From contig NC_083435.1 of the NCBI RefSeq assembly GCF_020745735.1, positions 46,562,498-46,626,497 on the forward strand: a stretch of DNA of 64,000 nt, written 5' to 3'. The position numbers and the translations under genes were made by a program. This DNA is from Hemiscyllium ocellatum (Eukaryota). The notes below the pieces were generated by a model, which did not search any database, had not been told where the DNA came from, and was given only the letters and a program-made list of their open reading frames with translations. Shown piece after piece: positions 49,180 to 61,010 of this stretch (position 1 is the first letter of the stretch; each line of letters opens with the position of its first letter).

Positions 49180-49771
49180 GAGGGTTTAAACTAACTCCGC
49201 CGGGGCATGGGAACCTGGACTGTAGCTTTAGGGTACAGGACCTTGAGTGTAGGGAGGTTATGAACAAGGCAGCAATCTCGAAGGAGGGTGCCTGTAAACA
49301 GAAGGGTGGCTTGAAGTGTGTATACTTCAATGTCAGAAGTATAAGAAATAAGGTAGGTGAATTTGCAGCGTGGGTTGGTACCTGGGACTTCGATGTTGTG
49401 GCCATTACAGAGACGTGAGTAGAACAGGGGCAAGAATGGCTGTTGCAGGTTCCAGGGTTTAAATGTTTTAGGAAGGTCAGACATGGGGGTAAAAGAGGGG
49501 GAGGTGTGGCATTACTTGTCAAGGATAGTATTACAGCGGTGGAAAGGACGATGGAGGAAGACTTGCCATCTGAGGTAGTTTGGGCTGAGGTTAGAAATAG
49601 GAAAGGTGTGGTCACCCTGTTAGGTGTTTTCTACAGGCCTCCTAATAGTCCGAGAGAAGTAGAGGATAGTATTGCGAGGATGATTCAGGAGAAGAGTGAA
49701 AGTAGCAGGGTGGTTGTTATGGGGGACTTTAACTTCCCAGATATTGACTGGGAATATTAACTTCCCAGATA

Positions 49772-52090
49772 TTGACGAGGTCATTAGATGGGTCGGTGTT
49801 TGTCCAATGTGTGCAGGAGGGTTTCCTGACACAATATGTAGACAGGCCAACAAGAGGTGAGGCTATACTGGATTTGGTTCTAGGTAATGAACCAGGCCAG
49901 GTGTTAGACTTGGAGGTAGGTGAGCACTTCGGGGACAGTGACCACAACTCGGTGACTTTTACTTTAGTGAAGGAGAGGGATAAGTGTGCACTGCAGGGCA
50001 AGAGTTATAGCTGGGGGCAGGGAAATTATGATGCGGTGAGGCATGACTTAGGATGTGTGGATTGGAAAAACAGGCTTCAAGAGAAGAATACTAATGATAT
50101 GTGGAGATTGTTCAAGGAACAGCTACTGAGTGTCCTTGATAAGTGTGTACCAGTCAGGCATGGAGTTAAGGGTCTTGTGAGGGAGCCGTGGTTTAATAAG
50201 GAATTGGAATCCCTTGTGAAAGGGAAGAAGGCGGCATATGTAAAGATGAGGCGTGAAGGTTCAGTTGGGGCGATTGAGAGTTATAAGGTAGCCAGGAAGG
50301 ATCTAAAGAGAGAGATAAGAGCAGCGAGAAGGGGACGTGAAAAGTCCTTAGCTGGTAGGATTAGGGAAAATCCAAAGGCTTTCTATAGGTATGTCAGGAA
50401 TAAAAGGATGACTAGGGTAGGTATCGGTCCAGTCAAGGATAGTAGTGGGAAGTTGTGCGTGGAGGCGGAGGAGATTGGAGAGACACTAAATCAATACTTT
50501 TCGTCAGTATTCACTCAGGAACAGGACACTGTTGCTGGTGTGAATATTGAGTCACAAGTAATTAGAATGGATGGCATTGAAGTATGTAGGGAAGAGGTTT
50601 TGGGAATACTGGAAAGGATGAAAATAGATAAGTCTCCTGGGCCTGATGGCATTTATCCTAGGATCCTCTGGGAAGCTAGGGAGGAGATAGCAGAGCCATT
50701 GGCCTGGATTTTTATGTTGTCATTGTCAACGGGAATAGTACCAGAAGACTGGAGGACGGCGAATGTGGTCCCCTTGTTCAAGAAGGGGAGTAGGGATAGC
50801 CCGAGTAACTATAGGCCAGTGAGTCTGACTTCTGTGGTGGGCAAAGTCTTAGAGAGAATTGTAAGGGATAAGATTTATGAACATCTGGATAGGAATAACG
50901 TGATCAAGGATAGTCAGCATGGTTTTGTGAAGGGCAGATCGTGCCTCACAAACCTTATTGAGTTCTTTGAGCAGGTGACTAAGGAGGTGGACGAGGGTAA
51001 AGCAGTAGATGTTGTGTATATGGATTTTAGTAAGGCGTTCGATAAGGTACCCCATGGTAGGCTAATGCAAAAACTACGGAGGTATGGCATTGAGGGTGCA
51101 TTAGAGGTTTGGTTTAGAAATTGGCTGGCTGGAAGGAGACAGATGGTAGTAGTTGGTGGTATAGGTTCATCTTGGAGTGCAGTTACTAGCGGTGAACCTC
51201 AAGGATCTGTTTTGGGACCATTGCTTTTTGTTATCTTTATAAATGATCTAGAGGAGGGGCTTGAAAGCTGGGTGAGTAAGTTTGCGGATGACACAAAAGT
51301 CGGTGGAGTTGTGGATAGTGAGGAAGGATGTGGCAGGTTACAGCGGGATATAGACAAGTTGCAAAGCTGGGCAGAAAGGTGGCAAATGGAATTCAATGTA
51401 GCTAAGTGTGAAGTCATTCACTTTGGTAGGAGTAACAAGAAAATGGATTACTGGGCTAATGGTAGGCTACTTGGTAGTGTGGATGAGCAGAGGGATCTTG
51501 GTGTCCATGTACACAGATCTCTGAAAGTTGCCACCCAGGTAAATAGTGCTGTGAGGAAGGCATATGGTGTACTGGGCTTTATTGGCAGAGGAATTGAGTT
51601 CCGGAGTCCTGAGGTCATGTTGCAGTTGTATAAGACTCTGGTGCGGCCTCATCTGGAGTACTGTGTGCAGTTTTGGTCGCCATACTATAGGAAGGATGTG
51701 GAGGCATTGGAACGAGTGCAGAGGAGGTTTACCAGGATGTTGCCTGGTATGGTAGGAAAATTGTATGAGGAAAGATTGAGGCACTTGGGGCTGTTCTCAT
51801 TGGAGAAGAGAAGGTTTAGGGGAGATTTGATAGAGGTGTACAAGATGATTAGGGGTTTAGATAGGGTAGACACTGAGAATCTTTTACCGCTAATGGAGTC
51901 AGCTGTTACAAGGGGACACAGCTTTAAATTAAGGGGTGGAAGGTATAGGACAGATGTTAGGGGTAGATTCTTTACACAGCGGGTTGTGAGTTCATGGAAT
52001 GCCCTGCCAGTAGCAGTGGTGAACTCTCCCTCTTTATGGTCATTTAAGCGGGCATTGGATAGGCATTTGGAAGTTATTGGGCTCGTGTAG
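49772..52090 (+). CDS. CR1 ORF2 uninterrupted part (endonuclease C-terminus + reverse transcriptase); N-terminus disrupted
   Basis: 772-aa open frame with GDSDH, YRPVSLTS, QHGF, DFSKAFD, QGSVLGP, FADD; upstream TGA at 49416 and frameshift at ~49757. Confidence 0.85.
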   Translation: MTRSLDGSVFVQCVQEGFLTQYVDRPTRGEAILDLVLGNEPGQVLDLEVGEHFGDSDHNSVTFTLVKERDKCALQGKSYSWGQGNYDAVRHDLGCVDWKNRLQEKNTNDMWRLFKEQLLSVLDKCVPVRHGVKGLVREPWFNKELESLVKGKKAAYVKMRREGSVGAIESYKVARKDLKREIRAARRGREKSLAGRIRENPKAFYRYVRNKRMTRVGIGPVKDSSGKLCVEAEEIGETLNQYFSSVFTQEQDTVAGVNIESQVIRMDGIEVCREEVLGILERMKIDKSPGPDGIYPRILWEAREEIAEPLAWIFMLSLSTGIVPEDWRTANVVPLFKKGSRDSPSNYRPVSLTSVVGKVLERIVRDKIYEHLDRNNVIKDSQHGFVKGRSCLTNLIEFFEQVTKEVDEGKAVDVVYMDFSKAFDKVPHGRLMQKLRRYGIEGALEVWFRNWLAGRRQMVVVGGIGSSWSAVTSGEPQGSVLGPLLFVIFINDLEEGLESWVSKFADDTKVGGVVDSEEGCGRLQRDIDKLQSWAERWQMEFNVAKCEVIHFGRSNKKMDYWANGRLLGSVDEQRDLGVHVHRSLKVATQVNSAVRKAYGVLGFIGRGIEFRSPEVMLQLYKTLVRPHLEYCVQFWSPYYRKDVEALERVQRRFTRMLPGMVGKLYEERLRHLGLFSLEKRRFRGDLIEVYKMIRGLDRVDTENLLPLMESAVTRGHSFKLRGGRYRTDVRGRFFTQRVVSSWNALPVAVVNSPSLWSFKRALDRHLEVIGLV

Positions 52091-52827
52091 GTTAGGTAGG
52101 ATTCGGTCGGCGCAACACTGAGGGCCGAAGGGCCTGTACTGCGCTGTATTTTTCTATGTTCTATGTTCTATGTTCTATAATTAATTGGAGGAGGCGGGGT
52201 TAAAATGCTATGAAGCAGCAACTGTGGAGCACAAAGTGAGAGATGGTATCCTCAGAGAAATGTACAAAGAAATGTGAAGACTGTTGAATCCTGTTTGGGT
52301 TTGCAGAACTGAGGCAAGAAAGAGATGGCAGAATGAAGGAATTTTGGATGACAAGGGATGTGGAAAGTCAATCAAGTGGAAGAAGGAAGCCAGCTTGAGG
52401 ATACTAGAAACAGACATGGCTCTCGAATGTTACAATGTAGCCAGGAAAGAACTGAAGAATGCACTTAGAGTATTTGAAGGTGGCATGAAAAGCCCTTGGT
52501 GGGTAAGAAAAAAAACTAATTACGTGTAAGAATCCCTCTCAATAACACACCATCCTAATTTGGATTTGTTTCATCTTCTGGCATAGTCTGCCCATCAAAG
52601 CACATCTGCCTTCTTAAAGACAATTCTAGCTTTCTGCCACAAAAGTGGTGACAGTGATTCGTGAAGAGAGGTCATTATTGTTTTGTCAAGAGTAATCATA
52701 CGTTTTTAACTGAATACTGCTGTTGCCATAGATACCAGCATCTCCTGCATGAATACAACATTTCTGTCAGGATTAGTAATCTATCTGAGGAAGTGCACAT
52801 TGTAATTTTCTTCCATCTTTTCCGCAG

Positions 52828-53771
52828 CTAACTTGGTGACAGTCTTCATTCTCTTACGTGGGCAGTGTGGCCTCTCAAAATGTATCACCCATTACCTGTT
52901 GGCTATGGCAGTTGCTGATTTAATGGTTCTACTATTCGAAGTGATTCTGTATGAAATTAATGATGCTTATTTTTCACATTCATTCCTAAACTATACTCCT
53001 ATTTGTAGTCTTAATCTTGTCCTTTTATTTGTTTCAGTTGATTTATCAGTCTGGTTTACTGTAGCTTTCACCTTTGATCGATTCATTGCAATTTGTCATC
53101 AAACATTAAGAATTAAGTATTGCACTGAGAAATGTTGTACAGTGGTATTATCAGTGATCTGTCTATGTGTCATCTTGCAAAATGTTCCAACTTACTTCAT
53201 TTATGAACCTCGGGAAATAATTGACAACATACCATGGTCATGTTATATGAAAGCAAGCTTCTACAGCTTAACCGTGTTTATAGTGCATTTTTGGCTAGAT
53301 ACCATATTAACCCCATTTTTACCATTTGTTTTGATCCTACTGTTTAATATGTTGACTATCAGACATATTTTAATTGCCAATCGAATAAGACGTGGCCTAC
53401 GAAGTAACAAGTGCTTTGAAAATCATTCTGATCCCGAGGTAAAGGTCAGAAGGAAATCCATTATATTACTGTTAGTGATATCAGGCACTTTCATATTGTT
53501 ATGGATGGTAAATTTTATATATTTTATATCTGTTCATTTCATAAACACACAATTTTTAGAAGCCAATTATGATGACCCTGCCACTATTGCAGAGCAATCT
53601 GGATACATGCTCAGATGTTTGAGTTCTTGTACAAACACATTTATTTATGCAGCTTCCCAGAAACATTTTAGAGATGAACTCGTGCATATTGTTAGATATC
53701 CCTTTGATTTCATCGTTGGCTCAGTCAAATGCTTTAAACTTTCCAGAATTAAAATTGATTTATACAATTAA
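52828..53771 (+). CDS. GPR139/GPR142-like GPCR gene 3, coding exon 2
   Basis: TTTTCCGCAG acceptor; intact 7TM; 12 aa differences from gene 1 overall. Confidence 0.95.
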
Positions 53772-53800
53772 AGTGAAATCGTTCAAATTGTTTTGACTTT

Positions 53801-53806
53801 AATAAA
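53801..53806 (+). terminator. Polyadenylation signal of gene 3
   Basis: AATAAA 30 nt after the stop. Confidence 0.5.
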
Positions 53807-56684
53807 ATAAGCAGTGCTCAGTTTAACTAAAGTATTATTCAGATTTTAATTTAATATTAAATTATTCAGGTGATATGGGAAAAGTAAAACATATTCTTGT
53901 TTCTCTGCATTTCCTCACAGCTACTGTAAGCGATAAATGTTATCATATTGATGGGAATTGGAGCCTTCTGTCCAACCTTCCATGATTTTAAGAAAGATAA
54001 AACAACATAATCTGGCATTATTTCACCTTTAGTTTATTAAGAAGCACTTGACAAGCGTGTTTTCAAAGTGTATATAATTTGCATCAAAAATCATGAATGG
54101 ATATTACCTAAGATGACCAGATGCTTGGTTAATGTGCGAATATTTTATGGAGTTCCTGAGAAGAAAAGAGTTAGCTTTAGAGAGCAAAATACAAAGGGGT
54201 ACCTTGAAATTTCGCCTTGGGAAGACAAGACTTAGTGCCCAAAACGAACAACTCTTAATGATGGGAATGCTCTGCAGGCCAGTGTTAGATGGTGACTACT
54301 GGACAGCTGGAACTGAATGCATAGATTGATTGAGAATAAAAATGAAACTCAGTGTCAGGCTTTTAATGTTTGATATATTGGTTAACTAAATGTTCTGAAG
54401 TATCACAGCTAAACACATCACCAATATCAGATTATTTATGAACTGTTTGAAATATACATATGTTCCCTTGAAAACTTCGCAATTTCATTTTGATTTTGTC
54501 TCATCGCTAGTTTGGAACTGTGGCCTGAAGATGAGAATTAAACTTTGCACAGCTGTTTGATGTTTCTGTTTTGAAGAGAACAAAAAAACTGTTATTGTTT
54601 ATGGAATGTTGGTCTCAGTTTACTTCACGGTCTAAGATCACAGCAGGCACTTAGGCACCTGGATATGTTAAGCTGAAGAAGTGGTCGGTGCTGTTTTGAT
54701 TTTTAATTGGTCAAACAAAGGGAGAACAACGTTGGCGAGACAAATCGCAGAAAATAGTGAGAAATGAACAGAAAGGAAAGGTTTGATCTGGGCCTTGGGC
54801 AGAAAGGTGTGGGGTGGTCGTGGTGGGGGAGGGTGTATTAGAAGCCACCGGATTGAAGTTGCTTTGCATTACATTTTGTACTTATATACTCAAAAAAATG
54901 TTGAAGGTATTGGGGGAGGAACCACAATATGTCAGGCATCAACTAAAAGTCTGCAGTGGTTTGCAGAAATTGTTTGCAAGAACCAGTTACTTGGAACTCA
55001 AGATTATATAATTGCATATGTTCGGCATACAACCGATCGTTCAAGGATTCATGAAGGTTTAGGACCCATTGTGAAACTGCTGACTGGCAAATTGGAATTC
55101 TTTACTTTGATTTCAAATTAACACTTAACTTTCATTTTTCTGTTCCTGTTTGAGTGTGCGCATGTACACATGTGTGAAAGGGAATTGACATGGTACTGCA
55201 TGAAGATTGGGGAGAGACCACAAATATGAAATACATTGCCTTGCTTTTCAGTCGTTTTCTGCTTAAGTGACGGTATTAGCATCAAATTGTTAGCTTTTTG
55301 TTTGGTCTAATATAAATTTGGTGTCTGCTATGTGTAATTTGTAAAGTCAGATTAGGAACAACTTGACGATTTTGAAGGTCATTCAATAATTTTAGTTTTA
55401 CTGTGTTTTAAATTCAGGGATCGGGGGCTGGTTTAGTTTGGCCTGTTATCCAGCATCTAACATGCTTTGTTTCAGTTAAACTGCATATGTTAACTGGCAA
55501 AATTGTTCTCCACAATCCTCGAGGATACACCATAGGATATAAGAGCAGAAATTAGATCATTCGGCCCATCAAGTCTGCTGCAACATTCAATCATGGCTAA
55601 GAAGTTCTCACCCTCATTTCCCGGCTTTCTCCCTAAAACCTTTGATCTCTTTGGCAACCAAGAACTTATAAATCTCTTGTCATCTACTCTCATACTACTT
55701 GCTAGCTTACCCTCTTATTTAACCCTCTCCCTTCTTTTATAATTGTCCTCTGTTGTCGTTGCAGGCTTCCCAATCCTCTGGATGCCCACTGTCCTTCACC
55801 GTATTGCATGCTTCCCTTTTTTCTTTTATGCTGCCCCTGACTTCCCTTGACAGCCATGGTTGCCTGGTCCTCCTTTTACCATGCTTCTTGATCCTACAGA
55901 TGAATGTGTGCTGTGTATCCCGAATAACTACCAGAACCGTGTCCTGCTGTATTTCATGTTAGGCTTCTCTCCCAGTCAATTCTATCCAGTTCCTCTCACA
56001 TGCCTTTATTCAATTATAAGAGCCAAAAAATGTGGGGCTGGAAAAGCACAGCCGGTCAGGCTGCACCCGTAGAGCAGGAGAGGCGATGTTTCAGGCATAA
56101 GTTCTTCATAAGAAATACTTTCTCTACGTCTTTATTCAAATATAATACCGCCGCATCACATTCCAGCTTCTCCTCTCAAATTGCAGAGTAAATCCTATCA
56201 TATTTTGTTTGGCATGCAGATTCAAATTTTCACCTCATTGTCAAATGGCTTTATTATTTGCCAAACGAAGAAATACTCGCAAGTACTCAACCTGATGAGT
56301 GAGAGATCGTGGTGCCTGCTGATTCCACCAAATTACAGAATGAGGCATTGCATCAAGAATGCTGGGAGCTACACAATAGATTAAAAAATCCAAATTTTTG
56401 TAATGTCCGTATCATTTCTGGTGAATGTCAGCGAGTTTTGCAGCAAGAAAATGGGACAGATGTATTTGTGGTTGAAGAGTTGGTGAAAAATGGAATGTTT
56501 TAAATTCCCAGATATCTGGCACCATTTTTGAGGAAGGCTGAACAAGCACAAATGGCAGGATTTGAATCACACTGCAACTAACGTCTCAGCAGGTAGGTTT
56601 GTTAAGTCTGTTGGGAGACATGGCAACTAGCCTGGCCGTGGGATTGGCGGTGGGCAGAGTGGGACGGGTTGTGGGGGTAACCAT

Positions 56685-59150
56685 TCTCCCTCCATTATTT
56701 GAATTGTGAACCACTGAGACCCCAGCACTGATTCCTGTCTCACTCCATTACTTACCTTGCATATCACTGAAACTCCAGCACAGATTCCCGTCTCACTACA
56801 TGAATTTCATTGTTAATCACTGAGAACCCAACACTGATCCCACTCTCCCTCCATTAGTTACATTGTAAGTCACTGAAAGCCCAGCACTGATCCATGTCTC
56901 ACATCAATAGTTACACTATAAACAATTCAGACGTGAACACTGATCCCACGCACGCTAGTTTCGTTATATTGTAAATAACTGAGACCTCAGCAATGATCCT
57001 TGTCTCACTCTATTACTGAACTTGTCTCTCACTGAGACCTCAGTACTGATCCCTTTCTCACTCCATTAGTTACATTGTAAATCACTGATACCCCAGCTGA
57101 TCCCTGTCTCAAAGTATGAGTTACATTGTAAGTCATTGAGACAAGCACACTGATCCCTATCTCACTCTTTTCGTTACATTATAAATCACCGAGACCCCAA
57201 CATTGATCCCTATCTCAATCGATTAGTTATATTATGAACCATTGAGATGACAGCAATAATCCCTGTCTCGCTTCATTAGTTACATTGTAAATCACTGAGA
57301 CCCCAGCACTGCTCCCTGTCTCACTCCATTAGTTACATTGTAAATCACTGAGACCCCAGTACTGATACCTGTCTCACTCCATTAGTTACATTGTAAATCA
57401 CTGAGACCCCAGCACTGATCCCTCTCTCACTCCATTAGTTACATTGTAAATCACTGAGACCCCAGCACTGATCCCTCTCTCACTCCATTAGTTACATTGT
57501 AAATCACTGAGACCCCAGCACTGATCCCTCTCTCACCCCATTAGTTACATTGTATATCACTGAGACCCCAGCACTGATCCCTGTCTCACTCCATTACTTA
57601 ACTTATGTATCACTAAGACCCCAGCATTGATCCCTGTTTCAATCAATGAGTTACACTGTAAATCAGTGAGTTGCCAGCAATGATTCCTGTCTCACTCCGT
57701 GCATTATCGTGTCAATCACTGAGAACCTAGTATTGCTCCCTGTCTCACTCCATGAGTTAAGTTGTAAGTCAATGAGACCCCAACGCTGATCACTGTCACA
57801 CTCCGTGCATTATCGTGTCAATCACTGAGACCCCAGCATTGATCCTTTCTCAATCCATTAGTAACATTGTCCATCACTGCGACCATAGGACTGATGCTTG
57901 TCTCACACCATTAGTTACATTGCATATCACTGAGACTCCAGTATTGATCCCTGTCTCTCTCCATTAGTTATATTGGGGGTTCAGTGAGATGCCAGCACTG
58001 ATCCCTGTCTGAATCTACGCGTTAGTCTGTAAACCACTGAGTTGCCAGCACTGATCTCTGTCTCAGACCATGAGTTATCATGTTAATCGCTGAGAGCCTA
58101 ATACTGATCCTCGTCTCATTCCATGAGTTATGTTGTACGGCATTGAGACCTCAGCACTGATCGCTGTCTTATTCCACTAGTTACATAATAATTCACTGAG
58201 ATCCCAGCACTGATGCCTATCTCCATGCATTATATTACAAATCACTGAGACCCCAGCATTGATATCTGTCTCACTCCTGTCGTTGCATTGTAACTCACTG
58301 AGACCAAAGCACTGATCCCTTTGTCACTCCAATAGTTACATTGTAACTCACTAAGACTCCAGCCCTGATTCCAGTCTCATTTCATTGTTAACATTGTATT
58401 TCACTGGTACCCCAGGATTGATACCTGTCTATCTCCATTATTGCAGTGCAAATCACTGAGACCCCAGCACTGATTACTGTTGCACTCCATTAGTTACACT
58501 GCAAACTATTGAGATGCCAACACCAATCCCTGTCTCGCTCAATTAGTTATATCGTAAATCACTGAGACCTCATCACTATCCCTGTCTCGTCTCATTATTT
58601 AATTCGAATATCACTGACACACCAGGAGTGACACCTTTCTCACTCCATTAGTTACACTGGGAATCACTGAGACCCGAGCACTGATCCTTGTCTCACTCCA
58701 TTACTTTCCTTGCATATTAGTGAGACTCCAGCACAGATTCCTATCTCACTCCAGTAGTCATATTGTAAATCAGTGAGACCCCAGCATTGATTCCTGTCTC
58801 AGTCATAGAGATGTACAGCATGGAAACAGACCCTTAGGTCCAACCCATCAAAGCCGATCAGATATCCCAACTCAATCTAGACCCACCTGACAGCACCCGG
58901 CCCATATCCCTCCAAACCCTTCCTATTTATATACCTATCCAAATGCCTCTTAAATGTTGCAATTATAGAGGCATTTCGATGGATATATGAATAGGATGGG
59001 TTAGTGACATTGTACATCATTGGGGCCCCTGTCACACTCCATTAGTTACAATGTAAATCACTGTGACGCCAGCACTGATCCCTGTCTCACTCTATTACCT
59101 ATTTGTAGATCACTAAGACCCCAGCACTGATCCCTGTCTCACTTTATTAA
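56685..59150. repeat. 53-bp satellite array, unit D (interrupted by a CR1 stub at 58801-59002)
   Basis: Near-perfect monomers at 57290-57600 with period 53. Confidence 0.95.
58801..59002 (-). mobile_element. Short CR1 3' end with a fold-back 5' junction
   Basis: AGTCATAGAGATGTACAGCATGGAAACAGA is the reverse complement of the 25100-25135 tail. Confidence 0.8.
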
Positions 59151-61010
59151 TTACCTTTATGCATTGTGAGAGCTCCAATTCCTCATCTTCTCCAATGTGA
59201 ACTCTTTTCAAGACATCACTATTTATTGCTGGTAATCCCAGAACTTTCATGTCTGTTCACTGTTCATACTTGTTTAGCAAAATTTTATTTAAGGATTTCA
59301 TCCATCTCCGGCGCTTCCACGCTAAGGCAGCCTTGTTGATTATTAGGGGTGCCTATTGTAATCCTAGTTACTCCTTTACCTTTAACATGCCTGCAGAATC
59401 TCTTTGGATTCTCCTTTTCTCTATCTGACAAACTATCTCCCGTTTCATTTTTGCCTTTCTGATTCCCTCCAAGTGGACTACAACATCACCAAAGACTCCT
59501 CGGTGTTTTTAGTTGACCCCATCCATCGTTACCTGACATATGCCTCCTCGTTTTTCTTGACCAGTGCCTTCCTATCTCTAGCCAATCAGTATCTCCTTCT
59601 TTGCTAACTTTGCTCTTCAAATTAACAGGAACACAATGGGTCTGAAATCTCGTTAGCTTACTTTTGAAAGCCTTCCACTTTTCACACAACTCTTTAACAT
59701 CGAACTGCCTGCCTCAAACAGGGTTTGAATGTTGCTGTTTGATGCCATCAAAATTGGTGATACCCAATTTAGTAATTTGACTTGTGGTTTGGAACTATCT
59801 TTTACCACAACTATGTTAACGCTGGTAGAATTATTGTCACTTGTCCTAGACTTCTCCCTCACTAACAACTCAGTTACTTCCCAGCTTTGTTTCAAAGAGG
59901 ACGTTGATTTTTGCCACTTCTCTCGTAGGACCACCTGACTTTTGATTGTGATTTTTAAAAATCGATTTAATAAATTCCTCCCCATCGATTGCAGTCCCGG
60001 TCTATGTTTGGAAGGGTAACATCTCTGAGTATTACAACCTGGTTCATCACTATGTAAGATCTACTTACTGATTTGCTTAATTTCCTGCTGACTATTTGCA
60101 GGTTGACAGTACAATCCCATCAAAGTGAGCACGCCCTTCCCATTTCTTGATTTCACCCATATAGCATCTCTGGACGGTCTCACATAAATCTCATCTCAAA
60201 CTACGGCCATAATATTTTCCCAAGTCAAAAATGCAACTCGCCTTCCTCTCTTAATCACAGAGTCATAGAGATATGCAGCACAGAAACTGATCCTTCACTC
60301 CAACGCAACTAGGCCGAGCATATACTCTAACCTAGTCTCCTCCCATTTGCCAGAACCATGCCCACATCCCACTAACCCCTTTTTATTCATGTACACATCC
60401 AAATGCCTTTTAAATGCTGTAATTATATTGGACTCCACCACTTCCTCTGGCAGCTCGTTCCATAGAGCACTGCACTCTGTGTGAACAAGCTGCCCCTTAG
60501 ATACCATTTATATCTTTCCCTGGCAGCCTTAATCGATGCCCTTTAGTTCTGGACTCACCCACCGCAGGGAAAAGACCATTTCTGTTTATCCTATCCATTC
60601 TCCTCATGATTTTACAAACGTCTATTAGGTCACCCCCCAGCCTCTGACGCTCCAAAATAAAAACACCCATAGCCTATTCAGCCTCTCCCTGTATCTCAAA
60701 ACCTCCAAACCTGGCAACATGCTTTTAAATCCTTTCTGAGCCCTTTCAAGTTTCACAACATCCTTCCGGTTGGAAGGAGACCAGAATTGCATGAAATATT
60801 CCAAACGCTGTTTAACCAATATCCTGTACAGCTGCAACTTGACATCCTAATACTCTAATCAATGCTCTGACCAAGACAGGAAAGCATACTAAGTGCCTTC
60901 TTCATTATCCCTTATACTTGGAATTCAAGGAACCATGAACTTGCACTCTCAGGTCTCTTTGGTCAGCAACACTCCTTAGGATTTTCCCAATACGAGTATG
61001 AATCCTGCTG
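59150..61010 (-). mobile_element. Old CR1 relic plus CR1 3' fragment (unit D copy)
   Basis: LWNELPEEVVES and LEYFMQFWSPSNRKDVVKLER on the minus strand. Confidence 0.78.

Larger units (their letters stand above)
47942..52178 (+). mobile_element. Near full-length young CR1 LINE
   Basis: 5' UTR; ORF1 from 48273 (CxxC..CxxC finger, SGNH-like GES/HVGTND/DGLH); ORF2 APE endonuclease + RT (FADD); (TTCTATG)n tail; possible AATT target duplication. Confidence 0.95.
38984..56684 (+). repeat. Segmental duplication unit C (GPCR gene 3)
   Basis: Colinear with A, B and D; most similar to A upstream of and within the gene. Confidence 0.9.
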
